Position numbers and translations under genes: made by a program | The notes under the pieces: model-generated | What the model saw: the letters and a program-made list of their open reading frames with translations, nothing else | Told to the model about the DNA's origin: nothing | Databases searched by the model: none | DNA from: Patescibacteria group bacterium | GTDB taxonomy: Bacteria > Patescibacteriota > Minisyncoccia > UBA6257 > HR35 | Length of the DNA: 24,728 nucleotides | Assembly (NCBI GenBank): GCA_030549845.1 | Contig: JAUQQN010000007.1 | Location: 1-24,728 of the forward strand | Reading direction: 5' to 3' | Shown here: positions 1 to 7,951 of the stretch, piece after piece | How positions within the stretch are numbered: the first letter of the stretch is position 1 | Layout of the letters: every line of letters starts with the position of its first letter

Positions 1-1
1 A

Positions 2-1570
2 TATAAGTATGATAAGGTAGGAAAATGGCTAAAACTTGAAGGAAAAATTCCTACTTCTTCTAATAGAGTAATAATCAATGAATATGATGAAAATGATAAA
101 AATACAGGATATTTTATAGGAATATTAAATCATTATAAAAACCAAGTAAAATTAATAAGATGGCATGATATAAAAAAATCTCGATCATTGAAGGTAACTG
201 CGCCTATTATTAATATAGGGAAAGGTAAGGAAGAGATAATAACAAAAACATTCCCCATTAAATTCAAAAGAGTCATAGAAAATTTTTCTGAACTAATAAT
301 TTCTCCGTCTGGGGAAAAAGTTATTGTCACATTTTACACAAAAGATGGAGAACGTTTCCAAGAATATGTCCAGATCAATGATGAATTATATGGTCCATAT
401 GATTTTATTCGGTGCGACTTTTTAAAAGATAATGATTACGAAAGGTGCTATTTTACAGGAGAAGACTATAAACGTTATTTAAAATTTGATAAAAAAATAT
501 ACGGTCCATATAGATGGGTAGAATCCTTTCAAAGTTCTGATAATGGTGAAATAATAGGATTTGTTTTTGAAAAATTAGAAAAACCTTATTTATTTTATGT
601 AGCAATAGGAAAAAGGAATGATGAATTAGATGATTTTGAAATTTTAGGACCTTTTGAGGAAGTAAAATATGAATCTATTAAATTTTCTCAAAATGGTTTA
701 AGTTTTATTTTTGCTTATAAAAAAGATGGGCAGTTTTACATTTATGCAAATAAAAATGGAGAAAAATACATTAAAGGTCCATATTTGAATGTGGAAAATT
801 TAACCTTATCTAAAGATGGAGAAAAGATATCTTTTATTTACAAAAATAATCTACATGAATATTATGCCGAAATAAATGGTAAAGAATATGGTCCATTTGA
901 GAATGCTAGTAGTTTAATTTGCGATGAAAATTTTCAAAAATGCATTTTTAGATTTACTAAAAATGGTAAAGAATTTATCTGGGTAAATAACTCAATTTTA
1001 GGACCATTTAAAGATATAGGTGTTTTGAATTTAAGTAAAAATGGTAATTCTTTAGCTTTTCCTTATAAAGATTCTTATGGGCTTTCTTATATAAGAATAA
1101 ATTCTAAAACATATGGCCCATATGATGAAGCATATAATATTACTTTAAGCAATGAAGGAAATTCTTTTGGTTTTATTTTTTCTCAATATTTTATGCATTA
1201 TGTAAATATAAATGGAAAAATTTACGGACCATATGATTATGTAAAGGAAATTAATCTTTCACCTGACGGCAGACAATTCGCCTTTATATTTAAAAAGAAG
1301 AATTATTATTTTCTAAATTTTAACAATTCAGTGTTTGGCCCTTATGAAAACGTAGGGGGTGTCTCATTTTCAAATAATAGTTTAAATTTCGGTTGTATAT
1401 TTACCTATTATGGAAATACGCTTTTCTACATTAATGATCAAATTTATGGCCCTTATCTTGAATATCCAAGTACTTTTGTATTTGATAAATTTAATAGATT
1501 AGTAATTAGTTATATAAGGCCTAACATCAATAAGAAAGAATACGAGATTATAGTCTCTTTAAGTTATTAA
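2..1570 (+). CDS. 5'-truncated repeat protein with at least 10 tandem 37-38 aa PD40/TolB-like (beta-propeller-type) repeats carrying a GP[YF] signature
   Basis: The ORF track starts at a TTG at 188. I translated the same frame from nt 2 and found no stop and no in-frame ATG (YKYDKVGKWLKLEGK...KKSRSLKVTAP), so the CDS enters from upstream of the window. There are ten GP[YF] motifs (LYGPYD, IYGPYR, ILGPFE, IKGPYL, EYGPFE, ILGPFK, TYGPYD, IYGPYD, VFGPYE, IYGPYL). The last six are spaced 37-38 aa apart. Each unit contains h-S-x-[DN]-G-x-x-h-[AG]-F (e.g. LSPDGRQFAFIF), which is PD40-like. The stop is TAA at 1568-1570. Confidence 0.6.
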   Translation, partial: YKYDKVGKWLKLEGKIPTSSNRVIINEYDENDKNTGYFIGILNHYKNQVKLIRWHDIKKSRSLKVTAPIINIGKGKEEIITKTFPIKFKRVIENFSELIISPSGEKVIVTFYTKDGERFQEYVQINDELYGPYDFIRCDFLKDNDYERCYFTGEDYKRYLKFDKKIYGPYRWVESFQSSDNGEIIGFVFEKLEKPYLFYVAIGKRNDELDDFEILGPFEEVKYESIKFSQNGLSFIFAYKKDGQFYIYANKNGEKYIKGPYLNVENLTLSKDGEKISFIYKNNLHEYYAEINGKEYGPFENASSLICDENFQKCIFRFTKNGKEFIWVNNSILGPFKDIGVLNLSKNGNSLAFPYKDSYGLSYIRINSKTYGPYDEAYNITLSNEGNSFGFIFSQYFMHYVNINGKIYGPYDYVKEINLSPDGRQFAFIFKKKNYYFLNFNNSVFGPYENVGGVSFSNNSLNFGCIFTYYGNTLFYINDQIYGPYLEYPSTFVFDKFNRLVISYIRPNINKKEYEIIVSLSY

Positions 1571-1576
1571 AAATAC

Positions 1577-3970
1577 TTAGAAACTTTTTAATTCATCTTC
1601 AAATTTCTTTACCATTTCTATTGTTTTGATTACAACATCGCTATTTACACTAATGCTTTCAATACCTTCTCTTACTAAAAATTCAACTACCTCCGGAAAG
1701 TCACTTGGAGCTTGCCCACAGATTCCAATATATTTATTTTTTTCTCTGCACAATTTTATCACTTGGGCGATCATTTTTTTAACTGATTCATTTCTTTCAT
1801 CAGCTAAACCTTGCAAAATTTCGTTATCTCTATCAATTCCTAAAACAAGCTGAGTCAAGTCATTTGAACCAATTGACATTCCATCAAAAATTTCTAAAAA
1901 CTCTTCAGCTTGCAAAATATTAGAAGGGATTTCACACATTACATAAATTTTGTAACCCTTTTCTGTTCTTTTGCCCATTATTGATTCAATAATTTCAACA
2001 ACTTTTTTGCCTTCTTCTGGAATTCTGCAAAATGGAACCATAACTGCTAAATTATCTAACCCAAATTCTTCTTTTACTTTTTTCATAGCTAACACTTCTA
2101 ACTTGAAAGCTTCTTTAAATTTAGGGTGATAATATCTACTCGCACCTCTCCAACCTATCATAGGATTTTCTTCATGAGGTTCATAAAGCTCTCCGCCAAT
2201 TAAATTTCTATACTCATTAGTTTTAAAATCAGAAAATCTTACAATAACTTCATTTGGATAATAGGCAGTACAAATTTTAGCTATTCCTTCAGCTAATTTA
2301 TCAATAAAATATTGCTTTTTATCATCATATCCAGTTGTGATTTCTTCAATTTTTCTTTTGATTTCTTCAGGTAAATTAGGATAATCAATTAAAGCATTTG
2401 GATGAATTTTAATCTCTTCAGCAATAATAAATTCTTCTCTTGCAAGCCCAACTCCTTGTACTGGTAAATACCATCTTTCCCATGCTTCATCAGGAAGTCC
2501 GATATTTACATAAATTTTTGTTTTAGTTTCAGGTAATTTTCCTAAATCATGCGGGGTAACCTCATAATCTAATAATCCTTTATAAACGTATCCTGTAATT
2601 CCGGTTGAGCAATCAATTGTTACTTCATCACCTGTTTTTAAAATTTCAGTTGCCTTTTGAGTGCCTACAATTGCCGGGATACCAAGCTCACGAGAAACAA
2701 TGGCCGCATGACAGGTCCTACCTCCTTTATCTGTAATTATTCCCTTAGCAATTTTCATTATTGGTACCCAATCTGGGTCTGTCATTTCAGTAACTAAGAT
2801 TTCTCCTGCTTGAAATTCATGAATTTTAGAAACATCCTTAATCACTCTAACCTTTCCAGAAGTAATTTTTGAACCAATTGCAATCCCTTTAAGTAAAATT
2901 TCTCCTTTTTCTTTCAATTTATATTCTTCATAAACATTTCGTTTTTTAGTTGAGTAGACTGTTTCTGCTCTTGCTTGAACAATATAAAGTTTTCCATCAA
3001 TACCATCCTTTGCCCATTCAATATCCATTGCTTGGCCATAATGTTTTTCTATAATTAATCCCATTTTAGCAAGTTCTAAAACCTCGCCATCGCTCAAAGA
3101 AAATCTATTCCTTTCTTCTTCAGTAGTTTCAACCTCTTTTGTTCCTCCTTTTTGTAAATCATCTTTGAGATCTTCTTCAGCATAAACAATTTTTTTAACT
3201 TTTTCTCCTAACCTTTTGCTAATAATACTATTAAAGCCCCTTTCTAATCCCTTTTTAAACACTATCCATTCATCTGGTATAACTTTTCCTTGGACAATCA
3301 ATTCTCCTAACCCCCAAACTCCATTAATAACAATTACTTTATCTAAGCCAGTATCAGTATCAATGGTAAACATAACCCCAGAGCTTGCTAAATCAGAACG
3401 AACCATTTTTTGTACTCCAACAGAAAGCTTGACTTGAAAATGATCGAATCCTTTTTCTTGTCTATAAAAAATTGCTCTATCAGTAAATAAAGAAGCAAAG
3501 CAAAATTTTACTTTTTCAAGTAAATCTTTTTCACTAACATTTAAATAAGTTTCTTGTTGACCAGCAAATGATGCATCTGGCAAATCTTCGGCTGAAGCAC
3601 TACTTCTTACAGCTACAGTTAAATCCTCTCCATATTCTCTTTTTAGTTCATTAAATGCTTGAGAAATTTCTTCTTTTAAATCTTCAGGAAAATTTCCTTG
3701 TTTAATTAGATTCCTTATTTTCTCTCCTGCATTTTGAAGTTCTACGACATTATAAATATTGGTTTTTTCTAATATTTCCTTAATTTCATTTTCTAAATTA
3801 TTAAATCTAATGAAATAATCGTAAGCTTCAGTCGTCACTGCAAACCCATTTGGAATCTTAACCCCTAAATCTGTTAATTTTTGATACATTTCACCTAGAT
3901 TAGCATTTTTCCCACCAACTAGAGAAATGTCTTCTTTTTTTAACTCCTTAAACCATCTTACATATTTCAT
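1577..3970 (-). CDS. ppsA: Phosphoenolpyruvate synthase (pyruvate, water dikinase)
   Basis: 797 aa. N-terminus is MKYVRWF...VGGKNANLGEM (PPDK-type ATP-grasp). The phosphohistidine swivel motif GGRTCHAAIVSRELGIPAIVG is present. The C-terminal PEP-utilizer TIM barrel carries GMSIGSNDLTQL. Length is typical for PpsA. Confidence 0.95.
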   Translation of the reverse strand: MKYVRWFKELKKEDISLVGGKNANLGEMYQKLTDLGVKIPNGFAVTTEAYDYFIRFNNLENEIKEILEKTNIYNVVELQNAGEKIRNLIKQGNFPEDLKEEISQAFNELKREYGEDLTVAVRSSASAEDLPDASFAGQQETYLNVSEKDLLEKVKFCFASLFTDRAIFYRQEKGFDHFQVKLSVGVQKMVRSDLASSGVMFTIDTDTGLDKVIVINGVWGLGELIVQGKVIPDEWIVFKKGLERGFNSIISKRLGEKVKKIVYAEEDLKDDLQKGGTKEVETTEEERNRFSLSDGEVLELAKMGLIIEKHYGQAMDIEWAKDGIDGKLYIVQARAETVYSTKKRNVYEEYKLKEKGEILLKGIAIGSKITSGKVRVIKDVSKIHEFQAGEILVTEMTDPDWVPIMKIAKGIITDKGGRTCHAAIVSRELGIPAIVGTQKATEILKTGDEVTIDCSTGITGYVYKGLLDYEVTPHDLGKLPETKTKIYVNIGLPDEAWERWYLPVQGVGLAREEFIIAEEIKIHPNALIDYPNLPEEIKRKIEEITTGYDDKKQYFIDKLAEGIAKICTAYYPNEVIVRFSDFKTNEYRNLIGGELYEPHEENPMIGWRGASRYYHPKFKEAFKLEVLAMKKVKEEFGLDNLAVMVPFCRIPEEGKKVVEIIESIMGKRTEKGYKIYVMCEIPSNILQAEEFLEIFDGMSIGSNDLTQLVLGIDRDNEILQGLADERNESVKKMIAQVIKLCREKNKYIGICGQAPSDFPEVVEFLVREGIESISVNSDVVIKTIEMVKKFEDELKSF

Positions 3971-4089
3971 TTTTTGTTTTAAAAATTATACCTGAAAAAT
4001 TTCAAAATAAAATTATAATATAAATTGTGAAAACATTATTAAAAACATTATTAAAAAAAATTTAAGGAGTTAATTTATAATTAAATAAA

Positions 4090-4527
4090 ATGTGTCCAGT
4101 TTGTACATTCGGGGTTGCAGTAGGAGTAGGATTAAGTAGGTATTTAGGTGTTGATGATCTAATTTCTGGTATTTGGATTGGCGCTTTATTAATTTACTTA
4201 GTACTTTGGACAACAGTATGGTTAAAAAAGAAAAACATAAACATTTGGATTGCTAGTATTACTTCTTTAATCTTTTGGTATTTTTTAACTCTGTGGCCTT
4301 TGCATTATTATAAAATCCTAGGACATCCACTAAATAAAATTTTTGGTATCGACAAACTTTTAGCAGGAATAATTTTGGGTTCTATTTTATTACCATTAGG
4401 AATCTATTTAAGTGAATTCCTAAAGAAGAAAAATAATAATAAAGTTTTATTCCCATTTCAAAAAGTATTCATTCCCATTTTTCTCTTATTAGTTGCAAGT
4501 CTTCTAATTTATTTATTAATTTCATAA
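4090..4527 (+). CDS. Hypothetical small membrane protein (about 4 TM helices) with an N-terminal CPVC motif
   Basis: 145 aa, starting MCPVCTFGVAVGVGL, followed by four hydrophobic segments separated by K-rich loops (WLKKKN, FLKKKNNNK). AAGGAG lies at 4064-4069. The next CDS starts 2 nt after this gene's stop. I recognise no family. Confidence 0.55.
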   Translation: MCPVCTFGVAVGVGLSRYLGVDDLISGIWIGALLIYLVLWTTVWLKKKNINIWIASITSLIFWYFLTLWPLHYYKILGHPLNKIFGIDKLLAGIILGSILLPLGIYLSEFLKKKNNNKVLFPFQKVFIPIFLLLVASLLIYLLIS

Positions 4528-4528
4528 T

Positions 4529-5059
4529 ATGAAAGAAGACTTAAAGGGAAAAATAGAAAATTTAATCCAGAAAATTAAGAAGAATACATCAGAATTAGAT
4601 CTTTCAGCAGATGAAGATTTGTCAGTCGCTTTGATGAATTTAATTTCAATTGAAGAACATTTTTATTTTTCGGGAGCAAAAACAGGAAATAAAAAATACT
4701 TTGATTTGTTAAACGAGGTAAGAAACATTAGGAAAGAGTTATTAAAAAAACTAGTTAAAAATGTAGAAGAAGGAGCTGAAATTTGGTGTCTATCGAAACA
4801 TTTACTTGGAGCAACAATGCGACTGATTGAGGTCGGAACAAAAGAATTAGATAAAGGAAATAAAGAATCAGCTTATGATTTATTTGAAAAAGCCTATAAT
4901 CTTTATTCTCTATTTTGGAGTTTAAATTTAGGGATCATTGATGTTGGTGAAGTTAAAAAGATTGAGGATAATAAATTAAACAAAGAGGACAAAGAAGGAA
5001 CAGTATTTAGAAATATTAAAGAAATAATTAAAAAATTAATTGATTGTTGCAAAGAATAA
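4529..5059 (+). CDS. Hypothetical soluble, predicted all-helical protein with a C-terminal CC motif
   Basis: 176 aa, charged and helical in composition, ending ...KKLIDCCKE. The ATG is 1 nt after the upstream TAA (taatATG), which suggests translational coupling with 4090..4527. I recognise no family. Confidence 0.55.
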   Translation: MKEDLKGKIENLIQKIKKNTSELDLSADEDLSVALMNLISIEEHFYFSGAKTGNKKYFDLLNEVRNIRKELLKKLVKNVEEGAEIWCLSKHLLGATMRLIEVGTKELDKGNKESAYDLFEKAYNLYSLFWSLNLGIIDVGEVKKIEDNKLNKEDKEGTVFRNIKEIIKKLIDCCKE

Positions 5060-5137
5060 TAGAGCCCCAAAGAAGAATCAGGCACAGTTAACCTTCTTTA
5101 AAAAATATACTCACTAAAACTTTCATTGTAAATTTAG

Positions 5138-5151
5138 AATGCTATAGCATT
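5138..5151. promoter_or_regulatory. 14-nt perfect palindrome AATGCTATAGCATT upstream of the 2-hydroxyacid dehydrogenase gene (candidate operator)
   Basis: The palindrome is perfect. It is flanked by direct repeats TGTAAATTTAG (5127-5137) and TGTAAAATTTAG (5157-5168). A perfect tandem TTTATAGAAA x2 follows at 5169-5188. All of this lies 75-135 nt upstream of the ATG at 5262. Confidence 0.3.
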
Positions 5152-5261
5152 GTTAATGTAAAATTTAGTTTATAGAAATTTATAGAAATACAGAAAAATA
5201 ATCAACTAATTTTCAAGATTTCACAGAAATATATTAACAATTTTTATGTTAAAATTAAGGG

Positions 5262-6266
5262 ATGAGAATAGGATTTTTTGAGGCAGAGGGCTGGGAAAAA
5301 GAAATTTTAGAAAAAGAACTTAATGGACATGAATTAATTTTTACAACTGATTGGATTACAAAAGAAAATGTAGGAAATTTTAAAGATATAGATATTCTAA
5401 GCGTTTTCATATGCTCTGAAATTAATAAAGAAATTATTGATTCTTTACCAAATTTGAAATTTATAACCACAAGATCTACCGGCTTTGATCACATTGATAT
5501 TAATTACTGCAAAGAAAAAGGGATTTTGGTTTCTAATGTACCTGAATATGGAACAAAAACTGTTGCCGAGTGGACAATAGGATTAATGTTAAACTTGATG
5601 AGAAAAATTTATTATGCTATTGATCAAATTAAAGAGGCAGAAAGTTTTGATTTATCAAATTTAAGAGGTGAGGAACTCAATGGAAAAACTTTGGGTGTAA
5701 TTGGCACTGGAAAAATTGGTAAGGAAGTTATAAAATTGGCTAAAGCTTTTGGTATGAATATATTAGCCTATGATATTTACAAGGATGAAAACTTCGCTAA
5801 AGAATATGAAGTTAGGTATGTTACATTAGAAGAGCTTCTACAAAATTCCGATGTAATTACAATTCATACAACGTTAAACCCAACAACATTTCATTTGATT
5901 AACAAAAATAATATAAATTTAATAAAAAGAGGTGCTTATTTGATAAATACTGCAAGAGGAGGAATAATAGAGACAGAGGCTTTAATTTACGCATTAAAAG
6001 AAGGAATTTTAAAGGGTGCTGCATTAGATGTTTTAGAGGAAGAAACTGAAATAAAAGAAGAATTAGAACTCTTAGTAAGACAGGAACTTAAAACTGAAGA
6101 AATAAAAACATTATGGCAAAATCACATTTTAATGAAGATGTCGAATGTTTTAATTACACCTCATAATGCTTTTAATTCTGAAGAGGCTATTAAAAGAATT
6201 TTAAAAACCACAATTGAAAATATAAAAGGATTTATGGAAGGAAAACCTATTAATTTGGTTAATTAA
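5262..6266 (+). CDS. D-isomer-specific 2-hydroxyacid dehydrogenase, NAD-binding (D-lactate dehydrogenase-like)
   Basis: 334 aa. Rossmann motif GVIGTGKIGKEV. Catalytic R/E/H contexts are INTARGG, ALDVLEEE and ITPHNAF. The N-terminus MRIGFFE is typical of the family. The insertion between the DV..E and TPH motifs resembles LdhA-type enzymes. Confidence 0.85.
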   Translation: MRIGFFEAEGWEKEILEKELNGHELIFTTDWITKENVGNFKDIDILSVFICSEINKEIIDSLPNLKFITTRSTGFDHIDINYCKEKGILVSNVPEYGTKTVAEWTIGLMLNLMRKIYYAIDQIKEAESFDLSNLRGEELNGKTLGVIGTGKIGKEVIKLAKAFGMNILAYDIYKDENFAKEYEVRYVTLEELLQNSDVITIHTTLNPTTFHLINKNNINLIKRGAYLINTARGGIIETEALIYALKEGILKGAALDVLEEETEIKEELELLVRQELKTEEIKTLWQNHILMKMSNVLITPHNAFNSEEAIKRILKTTIENIKGFMEGKPINLVN

Positions 6267-6372
6267 ACAAACGGTATTAAGAAGATAATTAAATTAAAAT
6301 TTTTTTACTTCAAAGCTTAAATTTTGAAATTTCAAATATAATTAAAAATATTGAATTAAATAATCTTTTAAA

Positions 6373-7173
6373 ATGCAGGAAATAATAGTAGAAGATTTTA
6401 AATCATATAAAGAAACCATTCCAAAAATTTTAGAAAGATTAGAGCTAAAAGAAAAAATTAAAAACCAAGAAAAAATTTTAATTAAACCTAATCTTACCAC
6501 AAATCAACCATTTCCTTGCACAACTTCTGTTGATTTTGTAGAAGAAGTTATAAAGTACTGCTTAGAAAATAGCAAGGCAGAAATAATAATAGCAGAAGGA
6601 TCAGGAGGTTGTGATACAGAAAAAGCTTTTAAGGACTTAGGGTATTATGAATTAGCTAAAAAATATAAGATAAAATTAACAGATCTTAATAAAACAGAGA
6701 GAATCAAATTAGAAAATGAAAAAGCTCTAGTACTCAAAACTATTTTCTTACCTCGTATTGTATTTGAAAGCTTTATTATCAATTTACCTGTTTTGAAAAT
6801 ACATTCTGAAGCTAAACTTACAGCAGCTATGAAAAATTTGTTTGGTTTTTATCTCAATACAGAATTTTTAGTAAAAGAAGGAGATTATTGGGTTCTTAAA
6901 AAAGACATACCAGCAGGTTATTGGAATAAAAGTGAATTACATTATTTTGGTGTTCATAAGGCTATAATTGATCTTAATAAATATATTAATGTGGGTTTTC
7001 ATTTGGTAGATGGATCTATAGGACAATTGAAAAGTGAAGTTTACGGTATTCCTGCTGACCCTCCTATCGGAAAAATTATTGCAGGTTATGATGCAAAACT
7101 AGTTGATGTAGAATGCGCAAAATTATTAAAACTTAATCCAGAAAATATTTTTTATTTAAAACACCATAATTAA
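6373..7173 (+). CDS. DUF362 domain-containing protein
   Basis: 266 aa. Family-typical motifs are ILIKPNL near the N-terminus, LPVLKIHSEAKLTAAMKNLFG and HLVDGS. No fused 4Fe-4S ferredoxin domain is present. Confidence 0.7.
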   Translation: MQEIIVEDFKSYKETIPKILERLELKEKIKNQEKILIKPNLTTNQPFPCTTSVDFVEEVIKYCLENSKAEIIIAEGSGGCDTEKAFKDLGYYELAKKYKIKLTDLNKTERIKLENEKALVLKTIFLPRIVFESFIINLPVLKIHSEAKLTAAMKNLFGFYLNTEFLVKEGDYWVLKKDIPAGYWNKSELHYFGVHKAIIDLNKYINVGFHLVDGSIGQLKSEVYGIPADPPIGKIIAGYDAKLVDVECAKLLKLNPENIFYLKHHN

Positions 7174-7216
7174 CCATATCTTTTTTATTTTAGTTTTAGT
7201 TTTTTCTTGCTTAAAC

Positions 7217-7242
7217 AAATAATTCCGTACGGAACTATTTGT
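7217..7242. repeat. Copy 1 of an exact 26-nt repeat AAATAATTCCGTACGGAACTATTTGT with palindromic core TTCCGTACGGAA
   Basis: Identical to 23390..23415. It lies in the 76-nt gap between the convergent DUF362 (+) and ABC ATPase (-) genes, 8 nt past the ATPase stop. Confidence 0.9.
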
Positions 7243-7249
7243 AAAGATG

Positions 7250-7951
7250 TCAATGTTTGTGAGGTTTATAAATAAACTCTTCTCCATACAAGGCTTTAAT
7301 AGTTTCGCTTGTTAGAGAGCTTTCAATATCACCATAACAGAACATTTTTTTGTTTAGACAAAGTATCTTTTGAGCTAAATAGTGAATTATACTTAATTCA
7401 TGAGAAACCAATATTACTGAAATTTTATGTTCTTTATGTAAATGTTCTATTATATTAACAAATCTTTTCTCGCCTTCAATATCAATGCCAGCTATAGGTT
7501 CATCCATCAATAAAAGAAGGGGTTTATCCATAATTGCTTTAGCTATTAAAACTCTTTGAAGTTCACCTCCTGAAATTTCGCCTAATTTATGAGTTAAATA
7601 TTTTAAGATACCAGTCTCTTTTAAAACATGTTCTTTTTCTTCTTTTGTAATTTTTATCCTTGTTAGATTTATAAACTCTTCTACAGTAATTGGGATAGAT
7701 TTATCAAACTCAAACTTTTGCGGTACATATGAAATTTTATCTAAATGTTTTTTTATATCATCGCCTTTAAATTTTACTTCTCCCTCATAATCAATCAAAC
7801 CTAAAATGGCTTTCAACAAAGTAGTCTTCCCTGCCCCATTAGGTCCAATGACTCCCAAAAACTCACCTTCTTCTAAAGTGAAAGAAATATTATCTAAAAT
7901 TTTTTGCTCTCCAATTTTTACGGAGAGATTTTTAACTTCCAATAAGCTCAT
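7250..7951 (-). CDS. Metal (Zn/Mn/Fe-type) ABC transporter ATP-binding protein, ZnuC/TroB-like
   Basis: 233 aa. Walker A GPNGAGKTT, Q-loop YVPQ, signature ISGGELQRV, Walker B LLLLMDEP, H-loop VSHE. There is a 4-nt overlap with the upstream binding-protein gene. The stop is TGA. Confidence 0.85.
   Translation of the reverse strand: MSLLEVKNLSVKIGEQKILDNISFTLEEGEFLGVIGPNGAGKTTLLKAILGLIDYEGEVKFKGDDIKKHLDKISYVPQKFEFDKSIPITVEEFINLTRIKITKEEKEHVLKETGILKYLTHKLGEISGGELQRVLIAKAIMDKPLLLLMDEPIAGIDIEGEKRFVNIIEHLHKEHKISVILVSHELSIIHYLAQKILCLNKKMFCYGDIESSLTSETIKALYGEEFIYKPHKH

Noticed and set aside
188-190. TTG at 188 as the start of the repeat protein.
   Set aside because: The frame is open from nt 2 with no stop. 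The upstream residues look like ordinary protein sequence. The TTG is simply the first permitted start codon in a CDS truncated by the window edge.
4030-4053. Tandem 12-mer AAAACATTATTA x2 in the ppsA/membrane-protein divergent region.
   Set aside because: There are only two copies, the sequence is very AT-rich, and the repeat merges into an A-run. Slippage or chance is plausible. It is mentioned only as context for the 4090-5059 pair.
5069-5099. Inverted repeat AAAGAAG-N17-CTTCTTT after the 4529..5059 gene as a rho-independent terminator.
   Set aside because: The stem is only 7 bp and mostly A/T. The loop is 17 nt. On the plus strand it is followed by an A-run rather than a T-run. It does not meet intrinsic-terminator criteria.
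6267-6372. TTCAAA...TTTGAA...TTCAAA repeats between the dehydrogenase and DUF362 genes.
   Set aside because: These are low-complexity hexamers in AT-rich spacer. The stems are too short and weak to argue for a terminator or operator.
5262-7173. 2-hydroxyacid dehydrogenase plus DUF362 as a functional novel pair.
   Set aside because: The genes are separated by 106 nt with no coupling signal. Both families are common and promiscuous in their genomic context. Nothing in the sequence links them beyond adjacency.
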